21,485 nucleotides of DNA from positions 1 through 21,485 of the forward strand of contig JAHIMK010000018.1 of NCBI GenBank assembly GCA_018896675.1. The letters run 5' to 3'. A program made the position numbers and the translations under genes. Positions 1 to 6,912 of this stretch are shown piece after piece. Position 1 is the first letter of the stretch. Every line of letters begins with the position of its first letter. A model generated the notes under the pieces. It saw nothing but the letters and a program-made list of their open reading frames with translations, had not been told where the DNA came from and ran no database searches. The stretch comes from Nanobdellota archaeon. GTDB taxonomy: Archaea; Nanobdellota; Nanobdellia; SCGC-AAA011-G17; GW2011-AR17.

Positions 1-40
1 AAAACAAAGTTAAAGAAATCTTCTAAAAATAAAAAAATAC

Positions 41-190
41 GGAGATGCGAACTAAGTGAACCTCACGGTAAGCCTATTGCTGCGCGGCACCGATGTAGCG
101 GAGCCGAAGGCGGAGCGGAGCGACATCTGGTGAGTTACAGGCGGCGGTTTCATGGGCGACGGGCGGCGTTTTCCATAAGACTTATAAGGA
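41..190. other. G+C-rich island of unknown nature (possible structured RNA or foreign DNA fragment)
   Basis: Hand count gives 75 G+C in 120 nt over 61-180, versus clearly AT-rich flanks. An imperfect hairpin pairs caccgatgt (88-96) with acatc-t-ggtg (123-132), 9 bp with one bulge. No convincing ORF and no recognisable RNA family motifs. Confidence 0.3.
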
Positions 191-232
191 AGGAATAAAT
201 TATTGCTGTAGAATCAATTGGGGGTAGATAAA

Positions 233-532
233 ATGGCTGTAGATGATAAAGTAAAGAAGATACACGAAGAGCTAAAAGAAAAATGGCTACCTATATTTAG
301 GGTAGGGTATGGAGCTGATGCAATAATTGAAGATATGGAATGTGTAAGAGCAGGAATACACGGGACAACATATAGGATTTTTGTTAAGAATCCGGAAGGG
401 AAGGAAGGAGAGCATTATCTTAGGTTGCTACCAGGAAACAATCACCCTGCAATGATTGACGGGGTATTGACTCAAGAAGGTCAAAATTATGTTGACTTTT
501 GGTCGGAGCACGGGAAAGTTGTCTGGTATTAG
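233..532 (+). CDS. hypothetical protein (99 aa from ATG 233)
   Basis: Open frame. GGGGGT (220-225) lies 7 nt upstream of ATG 233; the track start at 218 is a TTG extension. Oligo-T follows the stop. G+C is visibly higher than most of the window. No family recognised. Confidence 0.5.
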   Translation: MAVDDKVKKIHEELKEKWLPIFRVGYGADAIIEDMECVRAGIHGTTYRIFVKNPEGKEGEHYLRLLPGNNHPAMIDGVLTQEGQNYVDFWSEHGKVVWY

Positions 533-540
533 TCGCCCGC

Positions 541-559
541 TGTTTTTTTCTTTTCTTTG
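541..559 (+). terminator. oligo-T archaeal-type terminator candidate
   Basis: tgtttttttcttttctttg lies directly after the stop at 532. T7 and T4 runs are typical archaeal termination signals. Confidence 0.4.
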
Positions 560-745
560 TATTAGGCTTGTGAGCCACCTGAACTTTGCCTAACAGGAAT
601 TAATTTCAATTTTGCCCCTCGTAACATAATCATAAAAAATATTAAGATTGTCAATAAAGTCCTTCAAAGAAAGCCGCAAAAAAACCTAAGAAATTTTTTA
701 ATCAAAAACCAATATTTAAAAATAAGAAAATCCTGTTAACTATAA

Positions 746-1462
746 ATGAAAAATAATATCAAATACAAAGCAGCCACATTAGATGAAAGAAAAGAATATT
801 ACGAAAAAGAATTCTCTATAACAAAAGCCAAGCAATGGTTCAAAAAAAATAACATGAACCTGCCGCAACTTTGCGCATTAGATGCAGGTAGTGATACAGG
901 AATAATATTAAACAAGAAATGGAAAGATAAGATGTTTTATTTTGAATTCAAGGATTTAAAGAAGAAAATTCAGAAGTATAATCCGGAAGACATTTATTAT
1001 GACAGAAATGTTTATGATAATCCTAAAAAAGTGTTGGACACATTAAAGTTTGACAAACGGATAAAACAAGAACTTACGTTTGATATTGATGCAGATAACA
1101 TAAAATGCTCCTACTCAAAGCCTGTCTGTGACAAGTGCTTAAGCAAAGCATATGATTTTGCCATTAACATGAAAAAGGAATTGAAAAAATCCGGTTTTAA
1201 AAAAATAAGATTGGTTTATTCCGGCAGAGGCTTTCATCTTCACATATTAGATAAAAAAGCTTATTTCTTAAGTATTAAAGAGAGGGATTTACTTAATAAA
1301 AGATTCAATAAATATCCTATCGACCCATGGGTCTCAAAAGGCAATATCAGGCTTATAAGACTTCCTTATAGCATGAATGGGTTAGTATCTAGGATAGCAA
1401 CACCTGTAGAAAAAATATATAAAAAAGAAAAAACAATCCCTAAGTTTCTTAAGCTTTCTTAG
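746..1462 (+). CDS. priS: DNA primase small (catalytic) subunit PriS, short form (238 aa)
   Basis: AEP primase motifs are present: FDIDAD (motif I acidic pair), YSGRGFHLH (motif II SGxGxH) and DPWVS..RLIRLPYSMN (motif III). A Cys cluster CSYSKPVCDKC also fits. Confidence 0.8.
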   Translation: MKNNIKYKAATLDERKEYYEKEFSITKAKQWFKKNNMNLPQLCALDAGSDTGIILNKKWKDKMFYFEFKDLKKKIQKYNPEDIYYDRNVYDNPKKVLDTLKFDKRIKQELTFDIDADNIKCSYSKPVCDKCLSKAYDFAINMKKELKKSGFKKIRLVYSGRGFHLHILDKKAYFLSIKERDLLNKRFNKYPIDPWVSKGNIRLIRLPYSMNGLVSRIATPVEKIYKKEKTIPKFLKLS

Positions 1463-1532
1463 CTTTTTTCTTATAATAACTTTTTTTCTTGGCAGCTGCC
1501 TTTTTTGGTACGGCTTTTTTCTTTGCAGGCAT
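1449..1532 (-). CDS. 27-aa Lys/Ala-rich micro-ORF (MPAKKKAVPKKAAAKKKSYYKKKAKKA)
   Basis: Not in the ORF track because it is under 60 aa. ATG is at 1532-1530, preceded by GAGGTGA with 5-nt spacing. It overlaps the priS 3' end convergently by 14 nt. Coding status is unproven. Confidence 0.35.
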   Translation of the reverse strand: MPAKKKAVPKKAAAKKKSYYKKKAKKA

Positions 1533-1654
1533 TTTATTCACCTCTTAAGAAGATTTTTATTGCTTCTTAAGTAATCTTATGATTTTTTTCATATTTAAAT
1601 GATTCTAAATTAAAAACCATAAACTTTATAATAAAAATAGTGTTATTCCAATCT

Positions 1655-2833
1655 ATGATGTTCCAAGAGGTCTATATGGACAATGGGGCAACCACAATGG
1701 TTGATCCTAAAGTTTTGAAAGTTATGATTCCTTATTTTGAAAAGCATTATGGCAATGCATCTTCTACACATTCATTTGGTGAAAAAGCTAAAGAAGCTTT
1801 AGATGATGCTAGAAGAGTTATAGCTAAAGCGATTAATGCCAAGCCTGAAGAGATTATATTTACTTCTGGTGGTACAGAATCAAATAATTTGGCTTTGAAA
1901 GGATTAGCTTTTGCTAATAAAGATAAGAACCATATAATTACAACTAAAATCGAACATAAGTCTATTATCAATACATGCAAATGGTTAGAAAAACAAGGTT
2001 TTAAAATTAGTTATTTGAGTGTTGACAAGGAAGGTTTTGTTAATCCAAAAGATTTAGAAGCTGTAATAACTTCTAAGACATTGCTTTTTACAGTATTGCA
2101 TGGCAATAATGAGATTGGTACAATAAATGATTTAGAAGTTTTAGGTAAAGTTTGCAAGGAAAATAATATTTTATTTCATACAGATGCATGCCAAAGTTTT
2201 ACTAAAGTTGATATTGATGTTGAAAAACAACATTTAGATTTAGTAACTTTAAATTCTCACAAGATTCATGGCCCTAAAGGTGTTGGTGCTTTATATTTAA
2301 AAAAAGGAATTAAAATAGAAGTTTGGCAACATGGAGGCAATCATGAACGCGGTTTAAGGTCTGGTACTGAAAATATTCACGGCATTGTTGGTTTTGCTGA
2401 AGCGGCTAAAATTGGATTGAATAAAAAGCATGTAAAACAAATGTCAGAGTTAAGAGACAAAATGATTAATGAAATCTTAAAAATTCCAAAATCAAAATTA
2501 AATGGTGCTAAAGGCGATAAAAGATTGTGTAACAATATTAACTTTTCATTTAACTCAATTGAAGGAGAAGCTATCGGCGGTTACTTAAATCAAAAAATGA
2601 TTACAAGTTCAACCGGATCTGCTTGCTCTGCAAAAACTTTGGAGCCAAGCTATGTGTTAAAAGCTATTGGCTTAACAGATGAAGAAGCTAATGGAAGCTT
2701 AAGATTGACTATTAGCAGATTTACTACAGAAAAAGAAATAGATTATGTTATTGAAGTTTTGCCGAAGGTTATTGAAAAACTAAGAAAAATTTCTCCTTTA
2801 GGAAAACTAGCTGATTATATAATGAAAAATTAA
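1655..2833 (+). CDS. iscS: cysteine desulfurase, class V aminotransferase (IscS/NifS)
   Basis: N-terminal YMDNGATT, TSGGTESNN, the PLP-lysine motif SHKIHGPKG, RSGTEN, and the catalytic-Cys loop SSTGSACSA. I prefer the start at ATG 1655/1658 (MMFQEVYMDNGATT) over the GTG at 1640 used by the track. Confidence 0.9.
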   Translation: MMFQEVYMDNGATTMVDPKVLKVMIPYFEKHYGNASSTHSFGEKAKEALDDARRVIAKAINAKPEEIIFTSGGTESNNLALKGLAFANKDKNHIITTKIEHKSIINTCKWLEKQGFKISYLSVDKEGFVNPKDLEAVITSKTLLFTVLHGNNEIGTINDLEVLGKVCKENNILFHTDACQSFTKVDIDVEKQHLDLVTLNSHKIHGPKGVGALYLKKGIKIEVWQHGGNHERGLRSGTENIHGIVGFAEAAKIGLNKKHVKQMSELRDKMINEILKIPKSKLNGAKGDKRLCNNINFSFNSIEGEAIGGYLNQKMITSSTGSACSAKTLEPSYVLKAIGLTDEEANGSLRLTISRFTTEKEIDYVIEVLPKVIEKLRKISPLGKLADYIMKN

Positions 2834-2843
2834 AAAATATTTA
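2762..2843 (+). repeat. copy 1 (functional) of the duplicated iscS 3' end; partner at 3993-4073
   Basis: The last 23 codons plus stop match 3993-4064 at 61/72 nt with no indels. There is an identical 23-nt run, 2769-2791 = 4000-4022. Confidence 0.85.
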
Positions 2844-2888
2844 ATCACTGGCGAACCAAGTACAATTTAATTCTCAATTCAATAATTT

Positions 2889-3083
2889 TTAATTACTTTT
2901 TTTTACATTAACTGCTTTTGGACCCCTATCTCCTTCTTCTACATCAAATGTAACTGTGTCGTTTTCGTTTAAAGTTACATCTTCATCTAATGCTGATTTA
3001 TGGACAAATATTTCTTTTCCATCTTCAGCGGCAATAAACCCAAAGCCTTTACTTTCATTAAAAAATTTTACTGTTCCTTTCAT
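2889..3083 (-). CDS. csp: cold-shock domain protein (CspA family)
   Basis: 64 aa with RNP1 KGFGFI and RNP2 IFVHKS. AAGGAGA Shine-Dalgarno lies upstream of the ATG. Confidence 0.9.
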   Translation of the reverse strand: MKGTVKFFNESKGFGFIAAEDGKEIFVHKSALDEDVTLNENDTVTFDVEEGDRGPKAVNVKKSN

Positions 3084-3237
3084 TTTTTATCTCCTTATAT
3101 TTACTTATTGTTTTTTAAAAACTACCTAACAAATTTGTCAAATAAAAATTTTAATCGACAAATAGTCAAAAAGCCCTAATATATAAAATAAATAGTTCCT
3201 TTTTAAATGCTTCTATTTTATTCATTACGGCTATTAC

Positions 3238-3529
3238 ATCCTATTTAGAATCTGTGCTATCACGTTTTTAGGGCACAAGGAGATATTACCTATATAGAGT
3301 GAATAAATATCAGACAAATGGCAAAGCAGAAAGATTCTTTTTGATATACAAAACAGAGTTCGCGACTGGAAGTTTTTCTAGCCTAAAAGACTTCATTAAG
3401 CATTATAATAAAAGCCACCCTTATATGCGCCTTCATTATAAAACTCCTAAAGAAGTTTGGGATTCATTCAAAGTGCCTTAGTTTCGAGGTGTGCCTTAAT
3501 TTCGGGATAACACAATCCTATTTAGAATC
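3238..3529 (+). mobile_element. internally deleted IS481-like insertion sequence remnant with TIRs and a 15-bp target-site duplication
   Basis: The direct repeat atcctatttagaatc occurs at 3238-3252 and 3515-3529, immediately outside imperfect 24-nt terminal inverted repeats. The repeats are tgtgctatcacgtttttagggcac (3253-3276) and gtgccttaatttcgggataacaca (3491-3514), matching at 18/24 when one is reverse-complemented, with TGT termini. The interior encodes only a DDE-integrase C-terminal fragment. Confidence 0.7.
3299..3481 (+). pseudogene. C-terminal fragment of an rve-type DDE transposase/integrase
   Basis: QTNGKAERF (the catalytic-E region of the DDE triad) and HYNKSHPYMRLHYKTPKEVW match the conserved end of the integrase core domain. 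The N-terminal two-thirds is absent. Confidence 0.7.
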
Positions 3530-3567
3530 ACAAACCCTTATATACTGATGCCCTTTCTAACATATTT

Positions 3568-3936
3568 ATGGCAAGATTTGAACGTTCAAAAGAAAGAAAA
3601 AGCAAAACTGATTTTAAAGGTAGTTTTCAAAAGAGAAATACCGGAAGTAGGATGAATTTTGAAGATAATCCTGAGGTAAGGGAAAGGAGATATCCTGATA
3701 GAGAATTTAGACCTAACAGGGGAAATAGGCGCGAAGTCCAGATGACTAAAGTTACTTGTTCTTCTTGTGGTGAAGAATGTGAAGTTCCTTTCAAACCAGT
3801 TTCAACCAAACCTGTCTATTGTAATGATTGTTTTGCAAAAAAAGATAAAGGTAGTTTTGGTAAACCTTCTAATAAAGATTTTAACATAATTAATGAAAAA
3901 CTTGACAAAATAATGAAGGCTTTAGATATTGAATAA
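3568..3936 (+). CDS. CxxC-x17-CxxC zinc-ribbon domain protein with basic N-terminal region
   Basis: CSSC-(17 residues)-CNDC, counted directly, in an Arg/Lys-rich 122-aa protein. A TATA-like cccttatatac lies about 30 nt upstream. Confidence 0.6.
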   Translation: MARFERSKERKSKTDFKGSFQKRNTGSRMNFEDNPEVRERRYPDREFRPNRGNRREVQMTKVTCSSCGEECEVPFKPVSTKPVYCNDCFAKKDKGSFGKPSNKDFNIINEKLDKIMKALDIE

Positions 3937-3992
3937 ATTAATTTTTCTATTATTTTTGCCTTTTCTAATTTAATTGTAAAAAACAATAAGAA

Positions 3993-4064
3993 CCCAAGAT
4001 TATTGAAAAACTAAGAAAAATTCCCCTTTTAGGGAAATTAACTGATTCTGTAATGAAAGATTAA
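3993..4064 (+). pseudogene. relic copy of the iscS 3' end (last 23 codons plus stop), detached from any gene body
   Basis: It translates as PKIIEKLRKIPLLGKLTDSVMKD*, versus the IscS C-terminus PKVIEKLRKISPLGKLADYIMKN*. An in-frame stop lies just upstream (3987-3989). Its TAA overlaps the stop of the convergent gene 4061-4900 as TTAA. Confidence 0.85.
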
Positions 4065-4900
4065 AATATTTTTTTCAATTCCTTTATTCTTGTATCATAC
4101 TCTATAGAAAACCTAAACAAATTCCAAAAAACTTTCTGCAGCCAGGCAATCCATTCCTTATCATGAATTTCATAAAAAATCCTCTTGTTTTTCTCGATTT
4201 CATTCAGCTTATATTTATGTAAATACTCTTCAACTTTAAACTGCGCAAAATCATCATCAATAATTAGCCCTCTTAATGGCTGATAACAATGCCTAATTTC
4301 AATAAGATTTGGATATTTTTTAATCAAAAGCAAAAGCTGATTGATGTTTTTGATTGAAGTTACAGTTATTCTTGTTAATATCTTAAATTGAACTTTTCTC
4401 TTAAGCAACTCTTCCATAACAGACAAAACTTTTTCACCGTTTTCTTCTATATTTGTAAAAGACAGATTCCCGGAGAAAAAATATATATGGTTCTTTGCTT
4501 TACGCATAGATGAAATTAAGTTTTGATTCTCAGGCAATAGGGATTCATTAAATTCTTCGGAAAATACTTTTTTCTTGTCTTCTAGGATATATTGGTATAT
4601 TTCCATGAAATCAAAATCATCTTTCCATCTTCCTACTTTAATTTGATTAAAAAAATTCTCCTTTAGATCATCTGTATGCATTGATCCAGCATGATTATAG
4701 AATACAATTTTCAATGCGCCTTGTGTTCCTTTCCTAAATACCTTAATGTCTATCTGGCCTGTCTGTTCTTTAATTTGTTTTACATAAGAATCTGCCGTGA
4801 GCCAACTTTTTTTTATTAATTTAGACACTTCTTGGATTGTTTTAGGCTCAGCTTTGACAAAGCTTACAATTTTCTTTATATCTTGCTCTTTTAGAACCAT
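4061..4900 (-). CDS. putative transcriptional regulator, N-terminal winged helix plus uncharacterised C-terminal domain (TrmB-like architecture, weak)
   Basis: The N-terminal segment TIQEVSKLIKKSWLTADSYVKQIKEQ looks like a wHTH. The C-terminal IRHCYQPLRGLIIDDDFAQF resembles the TrmB C-terminal domain. The gene is divergent from the radical SAM cassette. The product call is tentative. Confidence 0.35.
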   Translation of the reverse strand: MVLKEQDIKKIVSFVKAEPKTIQEVSKLIKKSWLTADSYVKQIKEQTGQIDIKVFRKGTQGALKIVFYNHAGSMHTDDLKENFFNQIKVGRWKDDFDFMEIYQYILEDKKKVFSEEFNESLLPENQNLISSMRKAKNHIYFFSGNLSFTNIEENGEKVLSVMEELLKRKVQFKILTRITVTSIKNINQLLLLIKKYPNLIEIRHCYQPLRGLIIDDDFAQFKVEEYLHKYKLNEIEKNKRIFYEIHDKEWIAWLQKVFWNLFRFSIEYDTRIKELKKIF

Positions 4901-4935
4901 TTTAGATAATGAGATTTCATTAGTTTATATATCTT

Positions 4936-4990
4936 ATTAAACACTATTATAAAAAAATTAAACCTAAGTTTATCTTTAATTAAACACTAT
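4936..4990. promoter_or_regulatory. divergent promoter region with a 12-nt direct repeat (candidate operator)
   Basis: attaaacactat occurs at 4936-4947 and 4979-4990, 43 nt apart, each adjacent to cttatta. TATA-like atatataaac sits on the minus strand about 25-35 nt from ATG 4900. AGGTGA precedes ATG 5010. Confidence 0.35.
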
Positions 4991-5009
4991 AATCTTATTA
5001 GGTGATAAA

Positions 5010-5495
5010 ATGATGTCATTGATTGCTTCACAATTCGGTGTAATGGAAGAAGAAAAAGGCAAGGGTGTTGACTTAGAGGCATTTGTTAAAGCGCTTAAAA
5101 TTAGATATGAGAATTCACGAAGCCCTTCGTATCCTGGATGTGATTCATATCGTCTTGGTCCTGTAGAAACAGGAAGAATATGCCAAGCAATAGAAGAAGC
5201 AAAGGAACTAAACATTCTTTATCAGGAAGAATCAAGAGTTTATTTTGTTTGGGATGAAATGGAATCTATGCCTGAAAGTTACTTTCTTCATTATTTGAAA
5301 AAAATGGGTAAAGAGATAAGCAAAGATTGTAAAAATCTTTCTATAAGCCTAAGGCATTATAAAAATTTCCTTGAGAATATCAAAAAAATCAAAAGGAACA
5401 CTAAAGATATTGATGATGAAGTTATTTCTATTGATAATGTTATAGAAAAATTAAATGAACAAGAAATTAAAGGAGCTAAAAATGGCTTGCATTGA
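5010..5495 (+). CDS. hypothetical protein, first gene of the radical SAM cassette
   Basis: 161-aa ORF with AGGTGA 4 nt before the ATG. Its end overlaps the next gene. No family recognised. Confidence 0.55.
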   Translation: MMSLIASQFGVMEEEKGKGVDLEAFVKALKIRYENSRSPSYPGCDSYRLGPVETGRICQAIEEAKELNILYQEESRVYFVWDEMESMPESYFLHYLKKMGKEISKDCKNLSISLRHYKNFLENIKKIKRNTKDIDDEVISIDNVIEKLNEQEIKGAKNGLH

Positions 5496-6348
5496 AAAAA
5501 TCTATAGTGTATCTGCATTGGTTGGAAATGGTTCTTGTAATGCCAATTGTGATTTTTGCGCAGGGAAATATCTAAGGCCTGAAGCTAAGGAAAACAAACT
5601 TTATGATAAAAATTTAGAGGCTGCTATTAAATTGTCTGCTCGTTATGGGGGCTGGTCATTATCATTGACTTCAAGCGGAGAAGTTACTTGTGATTCCGAT
5701 GCCTTAATAAGAGCACTAAAAGTCTATCAAAAGTGTGCTAATCAAGGAGCTTATTTTCCTAATGTAAACTTATTTACTAATGGCATTCTTTTAGGTGATA
5801 AAGAATTTTGTAATAAATACTTAGATATTTGGAGAGAATTAGGATTAAATAATATCGCAATATCAATCCATAATGTAGATGAAAAAGAACAAGCAAAAGT
5901 TTATGGTTTGAAAAATTATCCTAAATTAGAAACAATTGTTAGTAATATTGAAAAGCATAGCTTGGGCGTGAGAGGAACTTTATTGCTTAGAAAAGGAGGA
6001 GTTGATAATTACAAGAAATATGAAAAATCAGTCAAAATTCTTATTGGGAAAGGCATTAATAATATCACTTCTTGGCCAGTCGGCAATCCAGATAATACTA
6101 GGAATAAGTATACTCCTTCAAGATTAAGCTTATTTGGAATAAGAAGTTGGTTGCATTTAAATGCAAAAAAATGCCATGGTCATGCCTGGGGCGGAGGAGT
6201 TTTTGATTATAAGGGGAATATCTTAAGATATACTGATTATGTCACCAAGCATAATCCCAAAAAGGATTTCGTAAGGCAGTTGGTTGTTTTCCAAGACGGG
6301 ACAGTTGCTTATTCATGGATAAGAGAAGGAGCATTATGCATAAGATGA
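5482..6348 (+). CDS. radical SAM enzyme (288 aa from ATG 5482), subfamily unassigned
   Basis: C19-x3-C23-x2-C26 in GSCNANCDFCAG, an SSGE (GGE-like) motif, FTNG, and ISIHNVDEKE. AGGAG (5471-5475) lies 6 nt before ATG 5482, which I prefer to the track start at 5455. There is no SPASM or twitch Cys cluster. Confidence 0.8.
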   Translation: MACIEKIYSVSALVGNGSCNANCDFCAGKYLRPEAKENKLYDKNLEAAIKLSARYGGWSLSLTSSGEVTCDSDALIRALKVYQKCANQGAYFPNVNLFTNGILLGDKEFCNKYLDIWRELGLNNIAISIHNVDEKEQAKVYGLKNYPKLETIVSNIEKHSLGVRGTLLLRKGGVDNYKKYEKSVKILIGKGINNITSWPVGNPDNTRNKYTPSRLSLFGIRSWLHLNAKKCHGHAWGGGVFDYKGNILRYTDYVTKHNPKKDFVRQLVVFQDGTVAYSWIREGALCIR

Positions 6349-6361
6349 AAAGGAGGTTAAA

Positions 6362-6901
6362 ATGGAAGAATTGGAATTAAAAAATAGGACAATTGACGCT
6401 TTATTACTGGGCTTCAAAGACCCAATAGCCTATGACTTATGCATCCCAAGCCTAAAAGTTATTTTTCAAAGTGTGCAATATTCAATTATTGAAGGATTCA
6501 AGTCAAAGTATCCGCACCTAAAAGCTAATTATTATGAAGAGACCAAGGATTTCTTTAGGGAAGGTTGTCTTAGATCAGCGCTTGAACCAATAAAAGACCT
6601 CCAGACTAAAGTCAAGGATTCATTGATAAGCGTATTAGCAAAGACAGCCGGGTGTGACTATGAAGGAGGATTTTTGTGGCCACCATACATGGAAACTGCA
6701 TTTAAGGATTTGCACAGGTATCGGGAAGTTAATTTTTCAAGGCATTGCAGCATCTATAAATTCAAAGAACCAAGAGAAAATGTGAAAAAAGAAGTAAAGA
6801 AGCATTTCAATGCAAAGGAAATGAAAAACTTTTATAAGCTGCATAAACATATGAGGGCTTATCTAAATAAAAGATTGGAATTTGTATTGGACACCATATG
6901 A
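6362..6901 (+). CDS. hypothetical protein, paralogue A (179 aa)
   Basis: AGGAGG (6351-6356) lies 5 nt before the ATG. It aligns end to end with the next gene (shared LELKNRTIDAL, PIK..KVK.SLI.VL, YKFKE.RE.VKKEV.KHFN, NFY.LHKHM.AY). Confidence 0.65.
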   Translation: MEELELKNRTIDALLLGFKDPIAYDLCIPSLKVIFQSVQYSIIEGFKSKYPHLKANYYEETKDFFREGCLRSALEPIKDLQTKVKDSLISVLAKTAGCDYEGGFLWPPYMETAFKDLHRYREVNFSRHCSIYKFKEPRENVKKEVKKHFNAKEMKNFYKLHKHMRAYLNKRLEFVLDTI

Positions 6902-6912
6902 GGAGGAATAAA

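Noticed and set aside
41-190. Tried to assign the G+C-rich island to SRP RNA, an H/ACA guide RNA, RNase P RNA, a tRNA or a riboswitch.
   Set aside because: There is only superficial similarity to SRP helix 8 (gcc-gaa-ggc followed by GGAGC repeats, and GAUGUAGC). No terminal closing helix is present, and the length is too short for archaeal SRP RNA. The upper stem is too short for an H/ACA pocket with a K-turn, and the ACA is misplaced. There is no RNase P CR-I motif and no T-arm.
1-198. Frame 1 is open from the window edge to a TAA at 196-198. It could be the 3' end of a gene, and I considered a TnpB C-terminus.
   Set aside because: The translation (..KIRRCELSEPHGKPIAARHRCSGAEGGAERHLVSYRRRFHGRRAAF..) is Arg/Gly-rich and has no resemblance to a TnpB C-terminus or to anything else I recognise. 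The openness is expected from the G+C-rich composition, so I treat the segment as non-coding.
1640-1654. N-terminal extensions used by the ORF track: 1640 for iscS, 5455 for the rSAM gene, 6898 for paralogue B, 12825 for DUF1016, 15715 for the methyltransferase and 218 for the orphan gene.
   Set aside because: Each extension either uses a non-ATG codon, runs through the Shine-Dalgarno or TATA element, or adds residues absent from the conserved family N-terminus. An internal ATG with a correctly spaced SD or TATA was preferred in each case.
1747-1980. 77-aa minus-strand ORF inside iscS.
   Set aside because: It lies entirely antisense within a gene with strong homology signals. It has the hydrophobic, low-complexity composition typical of the antisense strand of AT-rich coding sequence.
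3627-3809. 60-aa minus-strand ORF inside the CxxC-x17-CxxC gene.
   Set aside because: It is antisense to an ORF with a clear zinc-ribbon motif and has no start context.
4976-5215. 79-aa minus-strand ORF overlapping the start of the cassette's first gene.
   Set aside because: It would run through the divergent promoter and the SD of gene 5010. It has no SD or TATA of its own, and the sense ORF is longer and operon-coupled.
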